DNA from: Monocercomonoides exilis PA203
Taxonomy: Eukaryota > Protista > Preaxostyla
Reading direction: 5' to 3'
DNA length: 64,000 nucleotides
Assembly: GCA_001643675.2 (NCBI GenBank)
Contig: LSRY02000017.1
Location: forward strand, 434,001-498,000
Under the pieces are notes generated by a model. The model made no database searches and had not been told where the DNA came from. It worked only from the letters and a program-made list of their open reading frames with translations. Of this stretch, positions 37,101 through 50,399 are shown one piece after another (the first letter of the stretch is position 1; every line of letters begins with the position of its first letter). The position numbers were made by a program, and so were the translations under genes.

Positions 37101-39112
37101 ATGAACTCAATGATGTTGATGATGCTTTCCAGGAAACAAGCACATTGCTCCCTCAAATAGGAAGGAAAGATGACGCAGAAACATTACAAAGAGAAGAGAA
37201 TGAGGATGAAGATTACGAAGAAAAAGAAGGAAAACTTATTATTGAAGCAGACGAAGCAGAGAAGAAGCGAAGAGCTGAACTGAGAGCAGAACAGCAGAGA
37301 AAGCGAATGGAGAGGCAAGCAGAGCGAGAAAAGAGGAAGAAGCAGTTGAAAGAAATGAAATATCGCATTTCTGGATTGACCTCGGAAGAAATTGAGGAAG
37401 AAGAGAAAGAAGAAGCGGAAGAATTGAAACTGCTGAATGAGAAAAGAATGGAGGAAAAGAAAGCAAAAGAGCAAAGATATGCTGCTGAACAGCTTCAACA
37501 GAAAAGCGCTGATGGCAAGAGACTCTCATTAACACTGCCAACATCGCAGTTGCTTTCAACCCATTCAACTCAATCGATGTACCAGCAAAGCCCAGCACAA
37601 ACAGCACGCACGCTGAACTCGACACTCACAATGAGTTCGACAGGCATTCCATATTCTGATAGAAGCCACACATCCTCTTTCTACTCAGCTGTGGATGACA
37701 TTCTGCGATTGGACAGCGAAAAGAAGAAGGAAAGCCTTTTGACCGACAGAACACGCTGCGACGGCCTCAAAGGACGAGTAGCTGCGGCTGTTTCAGCTGG
37801 AACAGATGCCAATGGGGAGCTTCTGTACACAGCATCGCCTTTCTTTGGATGGTCGATGCAGATGGAGACGATCACGCCTCCTGTTGTTGAAGTCTTGGAG
37901 GATGCCCAGGAGCTGCAAGACATCGGAGATGACTTAGAGTTACGAACAAATAACGAGACTGATCAGCTGTCTGCGTCGCTGCTGAAGCGCCAGAATCCGT
38001 CTCCTCGTTCGTCTTCGGCCAATTTGTCGTTGCTCTCGTCATCTTCCTCTTACTACTCTTCAAATCCTTCAAGTCTATCAACCACGTCTTCATTTAATGG
38101 CCAACAAATTAACACCCCAAATACATCCACCACACCACAACAAACTTCTGCCTGCAATCAATCATCATCCAAACTTTCTCCCTTGCACCTTCATTCCATT
38201 GTCAAACCTCGTGCTCCTCCTTCACTCTTCAGAAGCGAAACGCAAGCTAATGCTGCTCAAATCCCGTATGCTGACGCATTGATGTCGCACAAGAGGCAGC
38301 ACATCAACGGATACATTGTAGCTCCACCGCCTCCACTGGATTCACCGTGCATTTCTCGTTCTGTTGAGATGTCTGTACCATCAGTAGTTAGTCCGCTGGA
38401 GACAGCTGCTCGGCTCTTCGATCAGGCTGCTGTGGTGCCACCTTCTTTCACTGCAGCTGAAGGCACTTCTCCACTCACAGGCAACATAGACGATCTGAAA
38501 TTGCTGTGTGACGACGATATCGAGCGTGTTGGAGACGGCAGCTTTGGCCATTCTGATCGGATAGGAATGGCTCAAAACGAAAGTAGCAAAAATCCCAGAT
38601 TTGTTCTCAACACGATAACTCCACCTCCGAGGGATTTAAATGCACCTCGTACTAACATGGGTGTCCAATCTGTTGCAACAACAGTAAATTCTTCTATTTG
38701 TAATGCTGCATCACGTTCTGGATACACTTCTGGACAAACACCATCAAAAATAACAACAGATACGTCTTTATTAACAATACCTTCGACAACAACAGCTTCA
38801 ACAGTGAGTGTTGAGCTGATTGGGAATGGTAGTTCATTCAATGAACTTACAAGTCACTCGTCTAACTACCTCAGTCGCATGTCTTCTTCCAGCGATCATT
38901 CTTCATCTTCTTCGTCTGCAGCTGTTCATCCAATGTCGCATTATCCAAACTTCCTCGAAAATAAACAAAATGAGGCTGCAAACCCCAATTTGAACAGACA
39001 AGAAAACTTACAAAAGTTTGATCAGTTTCAAGATAATGATGATCGCAATCTGATATTTAAACCCACTTCACCATGCAATTCTCCTCTCTTGACATCTAAG
39101 CATAACGAGTAG
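31109..39112 (+). CDS. Large type I surface protein (~2630 aa): pectin-lyase/Pmp-like beta-helix ectodomain, one TM helix, long non-kinase cytoplasmic tail; short first exon 31109-31181
   Basis: The signal exon MILYILFLLSYQYG splices in phase into the 2589-aa ORF. Repeated GGA(I/L/V) and FxxC/FxxN motifs, CG....(P/K)C modules, Pro/Asp stalk (DPVGPE x2), TM ILIVVISVCVVGVVSAVVVVILVV followed by RNRNRNR. Confidence 0.85.
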
Positions 39113-40086
39113 ATAAATGAAAGATATCGTTATTCAAATAAGACTTGTAATTTTATCACCGTTATGAATATTATAAACACTTCACAGACTGAGCTGTTAA
39201 ATAAGTGCTTGATTTCGTTGCTTGCGTTGGTCGTTTTATTCGCCAACAATTCGCTTCCTTTGCATCTGTTGTGCTTACTGAATTATTAGAATGTTTGATC
39301 GAGATTTGTTGGTTATGTGTTAAAAAAAGCATAGAAGATACATTTTCTTATGGCACTTCATCTGAACAACAAGCATTTTTTTTTTTATAAATTCACTTCT
39401 TAATTCTAGTTTTCCTTTTTTTATATGACGAATAGTAACAAAATATTTATCATTGTCAATTTATGTGCATTTTTTCAATATTTAATGAAGATTGTTGCAT
39501 TTCTCCATTAATTGTTCCACTTTATTGTTCCACTTTATTGTTTTGTAATTATCTACTTGGTTTTTTCTTGCTGATGAAGAAAGTCACTTTATTTTGCTTT
39601 TAAATGTTGGTTTAGCAACTTTATAATTATGATTTTGCTTGTGCGTTATTTTTATGTCCGTTTCATAAACTGCACCTGTTTCAAATTATTGGCAACATGA
39701 TGATGTATTTTTAAAATTCCATTATTATTTTATAATACTACTATTTTATTTTCCGAGCCTTATTCTGTGTGAACAGTTTTAACATTTTCAGCCATTTCTT
39801 TTTAAAAGCATCTCACTAGCAAAATGGCAGAACAACCCTCCCTTTTTCTTTATCAACGTTTTTTAAATATTTTATTTTTTTTTTAACATTTTTTCTTTTT
39901 CGTTTTTATGAAGAAAATCTCAAAACTTATTATACTTGTATCGTCTTATCTCTGCTGATATGTGTCTTCCGTTAATTTTATTTTTGTTATTCATAAGCAG
40001 ATTTTTTTTCTTAGATTTTTAAATGTGAGTGATAGGAGTTTGTACAATGTATGATTATGATGTATTTTTTTCTCATTTACAAAAAT

Positions 40087-40088
<2 letters not shown>

Positions 40089-40124
<36 letters not shown>
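40089..40124. repeat. T36 homopolymer
   Basis: Directly visible. Confidence 0.9.
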
Positions 40125-40128
<4 letters not shown>

Positions 40129-41187
40129 AAAGTTCTTTTTTTAAACATATTCTAAGAAAGATACGGGCATAATGATACTTAATGGTATTCACTGAAATCG
40201 AAAAAAAACAACATGGTATATTGACAAATAGGTGAGAGGGTATATAGCGACCGGCAAAAAAATTGTATAAATGAAGACCATTGACCTTGAAAAACCTATT
40301 TACAGATGTGAATTTTCTCAATTAGGATAAACATTTGATAAAAAACTGAAAATTTCTGTATTTAAATAGCAGTTGTTATCAAAAATTTATGATCAAACCA
40401 TTAAGATAAATTATATTGAAGCTTTCTTTTAGGTTTTAATTGGAAATAAAGATTTTCCCCTTGTCAATATGTTTATTAGGGTTATGTTATACTAAAACTT
40501 TTCATTTAATCAACTGATTAGGGTTTTTTTTTTTATTGAAGGTGAAGAAGTTTAAAAAAAAAATCCTGTTGGATTTCAAAGATAGGTTTTCTCTCTTTGA
40601 ATCATTGTAATTCGAAAACCACTTTAGAAATATCATTATTGCATTCATCAGAAATAGTATTAATAAATAAAAACATTCAAATCGAATTTTTTGACCGGTC
40701 GTTATCTGCCCACTTACCGACAAATATTATATCATTGTTTTTTATGCTAATGATTTTGTGCGGAAATGTTTTCTCATGAAATCGAAATAATTAGAAAATT
40801 CTTCATTTCAAATTATTAATGGGACATGATCAAAAAATCAAAATTGGAAAAAAAATCCATTAAACTGAGATCCGATTATACAAAAGAAGAAAGAAATTAT
40901 TTTTTGATTGAGATGTTTATTAAGGAAATGGAGATGGTGAAAATTGCTTCAAAATGCATTTTTTGGTTGAATTTCGAATAATGATAAAAAAGAAAAGATT
41001 TATTTTTTAATTTTTGTCAAATACACATTTCCGCAAACTTTAATCAAACAACACGTGCTTTTAACATAAATACAATCAGAATGTTGTGTTATTTGTGAAA
41101 TTGACAAAATGCCATATCAAACTATTATGCCGAACGAAATTCAAAAAAATTTTTGGTTTTGTCCTTCATAAGTTAAATTGGAAATAA

Positions 41188-42064
41188 TAACATTAAGTCA
41201 TTCCGCCTTTTTTGTCTTGGCTTCAGCGTTGCTCAGGCTTATGTCCAATTTAATAATTACAAGAAATGTTTGTTTTATTATATTTTATTTATGATGTTTT
41301 TTCCCCATCATTTCATGTTAAACAAAAAGATCAAGGTTTATTTTATATTTTATTATTTATTCATTGACTTGCTGGTTTTCCATGAATATTTTTTCGAAAG
41401 TTTTCAATAACGAATCATAATTCATCTCTGTTTTTATAACTTTTAGTTGCTTTTAACTTTAACAGCTTTATTTTTTATCCTTTTTTCTCATTTCATTTGA
41501 AAGTTATTCTTTTTAAAAAAGTCGCAAATGTTGAATAGCTGGGCTTAAAATTATTGAACTAAATTTAATCACTTTTAGCATCTTATTTATCAAACCTTAT
41601 CAATTTGAAAATTAGAACACACAAATCTATTTGAAATGAGAATAAGTGCATAGGGGATATGATAGTTTTTTCGCAATAAATGACCAAATTAGGTTCAATA
41701 ATTTTTAGCCCAGCTATTCAACATTTGCGACTTTTTTAAAAAGAATAACTTTCAAATGAAATGAGAAAAAAGGATAAAAAATAAAGCTGTTAAAGTTAAA
41801 AGCAACTAAAAGTTATAAAAACAGAGATGAATTATGATTCGTTATTGAAAACTTTCGAAAAAATATTCATGGAAAACCAGCAAGTCAATGAATAAATAAT
41901 AAAATATAAAATAAACCTTGATCTTTTTGTTTAACATGAAATGATGGGGAAAAAACATCATAAATAAAATATAATAAAACAAACATTTCTTGTAATTATT
42001 AAATTGGACATAAGCCTGAGCAACGCTGAAGCCAAGACAAAAAAGGCGGAATGTCTTAATGTTA
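41188..42064. repeat. Long inverted repeat (foldback): 379-bp arms 41188-41566 and 41686-42064 around a 119-bp spacer
   Basis: The arms are reverse complements with about 4 mismatches by eye, e.g. cattccgccttttttgtcttggcttcagcgttgctcaggcttatgtccaattt versus aaattggacataagcctgagcaacgctgaagccaagacaaaaaaggcggaatg. Confidence 0.97.
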
Positions 42065-42432
42065 AAATCACCATGAAATTGTTTTATTGTATATTTGTAT
42101 TCAATGTTGATTGGCCAATGAGAAAGATATATTGTCAGCTGCTTTTAGACACAACATGTGGATCTGTTCCGAATCGTTTCATAATCACAATATTTATCAG
42201 TTTTTTCGATTCCATCAAAATTTTAGAGTTTCAAAAAATGAAGTGCAAAAATTTTGGTTAAAGGGATGCATTTTGATAATCTCGTGTGAATTGAGTCAAT
42301 AGGAAAAAAAAAATGAATGTTTATAAGCTTTCATTCCGTTTTCAATACGGTATTTTGAATGTTTAATAATGTTAATTTTGATCATTTATGTTGAAATTTT
42401 CTTTTTCAAACAAAAATTGATTTTCTATTCAC

Positions 42433-45400
42433 ATGAGCATGTGTTTGTTTCTTTTTGTATCTCTGTTCCAAGCAGATATATTAAAAGAACAAGATATCCC
42501 TGGAACTGTCACATTGGAGAGCAAAGGTATTCTTCAGAATTTTTTATATATTATTAATAATTGGTTTTATTTTGTCAAGGCTACTCAAACGATGCACAAT
42601 TTTTCTCTGATATCAATAACTATTTTTTCTTTGAGCAGAATACATTGTCTGGAGTAAAAAGAAGGCAGTCAGGAGCATCTTCAGTGATTAACGCATTTTT
42701 TGATTTCTTCAATTCTACAGTTGAACTCAAGAATTTGGCAATTGAACATTTGTCTTCACCTTTGATGCTTATAGCAGACAAATCAACATTTATGACGGAC
42801 TCTTGCATTTCTCACCAAAAATCAACATCTCCATTTCATCTTCAAAGTGGGTCAATCTGTTTCACAAACATGACTTTGATCCCTCAAATGAATTTAAACC
42901 CTTCTAGTCTTGTATTTTCAACTGATGATTCAAATTCGGTCGTTTTGAGAAATTCACTCATGACAGATCTGGCTGTTTCCTCTTCAGACAATTTTCTTTT
43001 GTCAGGAAAGTGCAAAAGTGAGCAGATCACTAATTGCACCTTCAAGAACATGTCTGTGAAATATGACAAAATCAATAATCACCAAATGGAGCAATTTTGC
43101 ATTCGAAGTTCAATGGAGAATTGTCTTCTTTATTCATGTGTGAATGCATTTGAAGGAGGAATTTCAAGTGGATCATATTCTTCGCAGGAATTTGTCTGCG
43201 AAAATGTGACAATACACAATGGGAAAAGAGAAACGAATGCATTTGAGAAAAAAGGGCAAATAAATTTAACAAATAGCCAAACATTTTCGTTGTGTGAATG
43301 GGAAGACTGCACATCCCCACAAGGGGGTGCACTTTATATTCACGACAATGCAAATGCAATTCTGACTGTTGAAAATTGTTTCTTTTCAAGATGCATTTCT
43401 TCAACAAGAGGTGGTGGAATATATGCATTGAAAATTGCAGAATGCATTGTGCAATATACGACATTTGTTCAATGCTCAGCACAAATCGTATCGGACTTTG
43501 GAGGAGGAGGAATTATGGCAGAGTTTGTGTATGTCCAATCAATGGTCGATGATTGCTCTTTTCAAAATTGTTCTTCAGGCAACGACGGAGGAGCAATTAA
43601 TCTGCGTCCAACGAAAACTCAAAGACAAAAGAGATGCATTGTTAATTCATTATTTGTCTCGTGCCAAGCAATTAGAGATACTGGAGGTGCTATTGAACAT
43701 TGGAGTTGCACTGATAAAGTTGTTGTTTCGAATTGTCTCTTTTGTCATTGTAATTCAAGGTTAGGAGGAGCAGTTAGCCAACTAATCAATGAAAATAATA
43801 AGGGAACTTTGTTTGACTATTGTTTTTTTCACAACAATACGTGCACAACAGGAGGATATGATATTTTTCTTTTTGGTTCTTCAGAAAATAACATTGACTC
43901 TAGTTGCTATTCGACCAGTCAAACAAAAAACAGAGTTGTCACAGCATATAATCCAATCATTGATAAAAGTGAATGGCTTAATAACGTTGGAGGAAGAGTC
44001 AGATTTGCGTCATCAACTGAAACACAATCAAATGCCAAAGACACAAGCGCGTGCGGAATAAACGAATCTCATCCATGCAATACCATCAGCCATTGTCTCA
44101 CTCAACTGATATATGGATTTGTGGAGGAAATCAGAGTACTTTCTGGAACAATTTCAGAGACCAAAAGCGTTGACTGTGGAATAAAGACTTGCTCAATATA
44201 TGGTCAAAGTGATTTGAGCACAACAATCCATACGGAATTTGAAGCATCTGGGTTTCCTCTTTTTTCAGTCTCAACGGGAATATTGACAGTCAGAGACCTT
44301 ATTCTCGTGCATGATCCAATCCATTCAAATAATCGAGTCTCAAGGCTGTTTGAGATTACTGGAACAGGAGAGATTCAAATAATCAGGTTGAATATATCTG
44401 CGGGAAGTGAGCAATCTTCAGAAATAGCATTTTCCACGGAGCTGATAAATGTCCAGAATGGGATGTTTCTGATAAAAAATGTGAACTGGGCAAAAATTAT
44501 TTCCACAACTTCATTGTTTTCGCTTTCTCCAATCAATACTGTGTCATTAACACTTTCAGAGTGTGCCTTTAATGAGATTGAAAGAACAACCAGTGGAGCA
44601 GCTTTGATGTCGTGTTACAATAGCAAGGCAAACATTAATCTGGATTCTTGTTCATTTTCAGGATGTGGAAGTAGAACATCGGCTGATGGGGGATCGATGA
44701 TGCTGTGTGTTGGGAATGGAAATGAAGTAAAAGTGAAAGGCGGTAATTTTGATGAGTGCTATTGCTCAGCATCATATGGACTCGGGGGAGGAATTCTTCT
44801 TCGATTGATGAATGAAAATCCAAATTTCCTGATTTCTTCTTCCTTTGGTTCAAACACAGCCAAATGGGGGAATGATATCTTTGTCATTTCACCCAATCTG
44901 GAAGTGACTGCAAAGTCACGAAAAATTGCATGCGTGACAGTCTCTTTGGATTCTGTCGATAAAGTGAGAGGATATGACAATGGAAACTCTAGTGTTGCCA
45001 TCCCTCTGTGCATCTATCTCCTTCCCACCCCAGAAGAAATATATGTGAGTAATACTGAGGCATTGAACCACTCACATTGTGGAATTATCCAATTCCCCTG
45101 TTCAACTTTGAAGCACTCTCTCACACGTCAAACAGGCCCAAAGAAAATTATTGTGAATAGAATGATTCAGATGAGCGATGAACTGGCTTTTGCTGTTCAG
45201 AAACACGAAATCAAAGGATACGATGAGAAAAGTGGCTGGACAGTATCTGATGCAAGTTCAACATCCAATTCAGCTTTGATAAAGGCAAGTGTTGAAACAG
45301 AATTATCAAAACTCATCTTCTCTCTTCCATCTTCTCTTCCTCTTCACTCCACTTTCATTTCTTCTTCATCATCATCAATGACTCTGTCTCAATGTACGCT

Positions 45401-48400
45401 TTCTCTTCAAAATCCATCATCAGAATTGACAAGTCTGTTCTTGCTCGTTGAGTCAGGGATCCTGATAATAGACAAATTTTCAGCTGCATCTGTTAATTTG
45501 ACAAGAAATCCACTGATCTCATTGTCTGGAAGTGGAACAAATACCAAGTTGATAAGCACTCAGTGGTTGAATATGACGAATAGCAATTTCACAGAAATAG
45601 AAAGAATAGTTGGAAGTGGAGGCTGCATCAACATCTACAACATCGTTGATGAAAATTCAAATGCAGAAATAAATATTGAAGAATGTGTTTTTGATGGATG
45701 TTCTGTTCAAGCCGATGAAAGCAGAGGAGGGGCCATTGATGCTCAGCTGAAAGGGAATATTCAGATGAATATTATTTCATGCACATTTACAGGATGCACG
45801 GCACCAGCTGGAGAAGAGAAGTTAGGCTTTGGTGGAGGAATGGCACTGAAACTGATTGATGGCTTTTCTTTATTTGTAATCTCATCACCTGTTTTTGATT
45901 CAGACAAGTCAAATACTGCAAAATATGGAAATGACCTGTTTGTTGAATCATTCAACTTGACGAAGAGCATCACAAATACCTCTCTTCCATTTGCATCTGA
46001 TCATTTGGCTGATATTTCTTTGAATTCCTTGAGCGGTTTTGATGGGAGCGACACAACGAATGTCATACCGCTGGTTAATTTCTGGCGGGCAATTGGCTTA
46101 GAGATATTTATTGGAAAAAATGGGAAAGACATGGGTGCCTGTGGATTCTTAGATTATCCTTGTCTGTCAATTGATTATTCTTTGGATCGATTGCCTGAAG
46201 GAAATGAAATGAATATTAACATCATTGGAAAAGGAGTTCTAAAAAAAAGTGTTGATATCAATTGTATTTCAATAAGCTCAAACAATATAGACATGTGCTC
46301 TTTGGAGTGCCTTTCATCTCTTGAAGGAGCAGAAGAAGCATCAATGAAGATTTCTGGAATTGCTAATTTCGAACTGATTCGCTTTGTGATTCCATCTTCA
46401 TTCACAAGTGGAGTCAAATATTTAATGCATGTTGGTTCAAGTCATGGATTATTGACTGTGAAAGACTGTTCATTCACAAAAAATGAAGAAAGTGGAGAAG
46501 GTACGATCAACTTTGGACTGATCAAAGCAGATGGAGCAACTGTTCAATTGGAATTTTTAACGATACAATCACTATCTTTTTCAAAGGATGTTATTTCTGT
46601 GCTATCAACAACAACATTGAACTTCAAAAACCTGACGATGAAGAATGTTGAGCTGGAAGGAGCAAGTGGATTGAGCATATCAAAGAGTTCAGAAAGAGAA
46701 AAAAATGTTGAAGAACATCTTGTTCTTATTGAGTGGAGTTTGTTTGAAGAAGTCATCCAGAACACAACAGAAAACATCTCGATCATTCGAAATAAAAATC
46801 ATGAGCCATTGAAAATGGTGATTCGGAACACAACGATGAAGAGATGTGGAGGGTTGAAATGCGAAAAGGGAGGAGGGATGTTTTGTGTGTTGAATGAGGG
46901 AGGAAGTTTTGATTGCTCATTTTGCACGATTTCTGAATGCTTCTGCTCAACCACAGGAAGAGGCGGCTGGCTGTTTCTGGAAGGAATCTCCGCTGCTGAG
47001 CAACCCCTGCAGTTTGTGCTCTCCAACATCACACTCAAAGACAACTCTGCATTGAGAGGGAGAGATGTGTTTGTGAAATGTCACTCAATCGAAAAGCAAA
47101 TAGTTGATGAACAATTCTTGCTGGATTTCAGAGCACCGTTTGTGAAGGAGCTGGCGATATGGGGTTGCACAACAGACTCGTTTGTTGGAGAAGAAGATCT
47201 TTTGTTGAGGGTTGTGAAATTCCAGAGTGAGACGATATTTGTTTCTTCAGTTTCTGAAAACTCAGCAGATGGCAAGCAGTGTGGAGAGTTCAAAATGCCT
47301 TGTCAATCATTGAATCAGGGAGTGCAACACATTATTCCATCATCTTATTCTCAGCTGTTGGTTTCAGAAGAAACAATCATGAACGGGGAATGTGAAGCGA
47401 AGGATGCGATTTTCCACTCGTTACAATCTCAGTCAGCTGCTTTGGTGCATCTGAACTCAACAATAACCAACGAGGGAAGTGTTATCACAACCTCAGAGAA
47501 TGTTAGGATTGAGAGATTGAAATTCAATTTTGGTCAGTTATTTTCATATTCGGGGAGTTCAATCATTCATGAATCAAGTGGTCAGCTTTCTCTTTCATTT
47601 GTTGACTTTTCTTCTGTTGGATTGTCAAGCAACAATCAACCCGTTGTTCTCAACTCAACTTTACTGAGAATCAAAAATGGAATTCTTCATGTTGATAACT
47701 GTTCGATAACAATGCTTTCATTCAAGAAGCCTTCTTTTCTGTTAAATGGAGATGAGATAAATATTACAAATATGAAACTGGAACAGATTGAATCAACAGC
47801 AAATGTATTTGAGATTGGCAACTGTGGAAATGTTGCTTTCAATGGAGAATCTGTAGATGGAGTGAAATTGTCTGAAGGTTGTGTCATTTCGATTGGCAGT
47901 TCAGCTTCGGGAAGTGTTTCAGTTGGAAGCTCCTCATTCAAGAACTGCTCGAGGAATTCAGAAGGAGCTTCTGTTCTTTCAGCTTCTTCGTCTTCTGCTC
48001 AAATAGCTCTTTCCAATTGCTCTTGCACAAATTGCATTTCTTTGTCTGGTAAAGGAAGCGTTATGGAAGTGCGCGATGCGACAAATGTTTCGATGCACAT
48101 GTGTGAAGTTGAAGGGATTCTTGCGAAAGAAGGGGGAAGCGAGAGAAACAATGATTTCGGAGAAATATGCAAATGGAATGGATCACTTGTTCACTCAACG
48201 AATTCTTCATTGATGATGAAGGATGTGATTGTTTCGAATGCTTCATCAGGTGGATTGTCAGTATCTGCTGGCAGCGTGAGGATTGAGAAAGGAGAGTTCT
48301 TCAACAACGATCCAGTCATTGAAAAATATGCATCAGTGAGAAGAAGCATCATTTGTTCAGGTTCTGCGTCACTGACCATTTCCAGCTTGAAAGGTGGAGA

Positions 48401-50180
48401 TGGAGTGAAAGACAATTCTTCTCTTTGGATTTTGAATGATAGATGTGATTTGAGAGGGATAGCAGGAGAAAGGTCATCTCCTTTCTTCATTCCCAAACTG
48501 GAAGATGTTTCAGTGAATGAGAATGGCAGCAATGTTGTTGTGAAGTTCAAGGGGTTACTTCTTCTTCCTTGTGACTTGTCATTCAGGTTGATATTCAAAA
48601 CAGGGGATGTGGAATTGGTTGAGACATATCCATTTGAGGAAGACAGTTTTGTTTCAGAAACAGAAGTGATTGGAATGATTCCAAAAGAAACAACAGAGGA
48701 TGCAGGAGATGAGGTGGAAGTGAGTGTGTGCGTTTTGTTTGGAAAGATTGACTCACCTTCATCGACTGGTTCGTTTATCCTGAAGAACAGAAGCGAAACT
48801 GAAGGAAAAGGAGATGACAGAATTGTTGAAGGAGGGAAAGAAGGAAAATTCTCATGGGCATTAATTGTATGCATTGCGATTGTAGTAATATTGCTTGTGG
48901 TCATAATTGTTCTGGTTGTTAGATGGAGAAAGCAAAAGAGAAGGACAGAGGAACTTGAAGTGATTGTGGAAGACACAGTGAAGAAGGATCCGAAGGCATT
49001 TGAGATGGTGACGATGGAGATGTCGCCGGAGGTGCAGTGGAGGAGAGCAGAGAGGGAGGCAGAGAAGAAGAATGAAGAAAGGATGAAGAAGAGAATATAC
49101 GAGACGAATATGGAACATTCAGAGTCATCAGAGCATTTGTTGGGTGAGAGTGGCTCAACAGAATACATCCTTGGAAGAGATTCAGACAAGATTCCTCAAT
49201 GGATGCTGGAGAAGGTTGATGAGAAAGAAGAAGAGGAGGAAGAGACCAGAAAGCGAACACCGTCGCCATCCATTTCATCCACTTCAACCACAGATACTTC
49301 AGACACAGAATCCACTTTTGTTCGCATGGAAGATGCGTGCCCAACAACCTCATCCATGTCGAACTTGGTGGATGCAATGGCCTGTTCATCTCCTCATGAG
49401 AAGCTGATTGTGGATTTGAGGGATTCGCTGTTCATGCTGCTTCATGGGAGAAATGAGAAAAAGGAGATGGCGATTGGCTCGTTGAAAGAAAGGGAGATGA
49501 CAGCTGCCCAGATCCTGTTCTGGGTGGCCAACCTCGCCCTCCACTCCTTCGATGAAATGGAGAATCCTCTCTCTTCTCTTGCAAATCTCAGTCCCCACAT
49601 TGTGCTGTTTTCCGAGCACATGGTGATTGCGATTGCCCTCCACTCCGACTGCTCATCAGACTCAGACACTTCATCATCGATCTCTTCATCAACGGTGGTG
49701 ACATCTGCCAGTGATGATGATGATGATGAAAGTGACTCTCTTCCCTCATCTGCCTTTGAGGATGAGGAAGACAACCGATATGAGTGTTTGCGGTGGAAGG
49801 CGCCCGAGTTGCTGATGAACAGGAAAATGGGGGCAACAAAGGAGTCAGTGGCATTCTCGATTGGGATGATGCTGTGGGAGTGTCTGACGCTGCAGATCCC
49901 ATTTGGAGAATTTGAGGCGGAGATAGCCAGGCAAAAGATAGCGAATCAGGAAAGGCCTAGCATTTCTGTAGTGAATGAATCTATGTTCTATGAAATAATA
50001 CGAGTCTGTCTATCAACTCATCCAGACGATCGACCTAGCCTAACATGCTTGAAGCGAGAGTTAATCCAGCGCTTTCCTCCAGGAGCAGCTATGCTAACAA
50101 TGTCTGATGCAATTGAACTGGAGGAAACAATAGAAGGCAGTAACAAGATAACAACTGTTTCCACTTCTACTGCAAAATGA
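42433..50180 (+). CDS. Receptor-like protein (~2560 aa): beta-helix (Pmp-like) ectodomain, TM helix, degenerate TKL-like pseudokinase; exons 42433-42526 and 42580-50180
   Basis: Signal exon in phase, GGA(L/I) and FxxC repeats, CG...PC modules, TM ALIVCIAIVVILLVVIIVLVV. A kinase C-lobe is present (RWKAPELL...SVAFSIGMMLWECLTLQIPF...CLSTHPDDRPS), but GxGxxG, VAIK, HRD and DFG are missing. Confidence 0.88.
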
Positions 50181-50399
50181 AAAGATATGACTGAAAAATG
50201 ACTAAAAATTGAAAGATGATATTAAATATGAAATAATTTTCATTTTTCATTTCGCTTGTTTTGTAAATTTATGTTGCTTTTGTTTTTGTTTTTGCTCATT
50301 CAGGATGAAGAATTAAGTTAAGTAACGTCGCTAGCATTTGAGTGTTCACGTTTATATTCTCAAAGCATGATAAATTCAACAATTTTGTGAATTTCATTA

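Noticed and set aside
39511-39540. 13-bp tandem duplication attgttccacttt x2
   Set aside because: Ordinary slippage duplication with no further structure.
40073-40321. T36 tract as the poly(A) tail of a retroposed element, with a small minus-strand ORF
   Set aside because: No target-site duplication or recognisable retro-sequence. The ORF's poly-Lys is just the homopolymer. The same applies to A29 at 62940.
40821-40830. gggacatgat shared with 61144-61153 as a possible transposon terminus
   Set aside because: Only a 10-bp match, and no convincing inverted partner or TSD was found.
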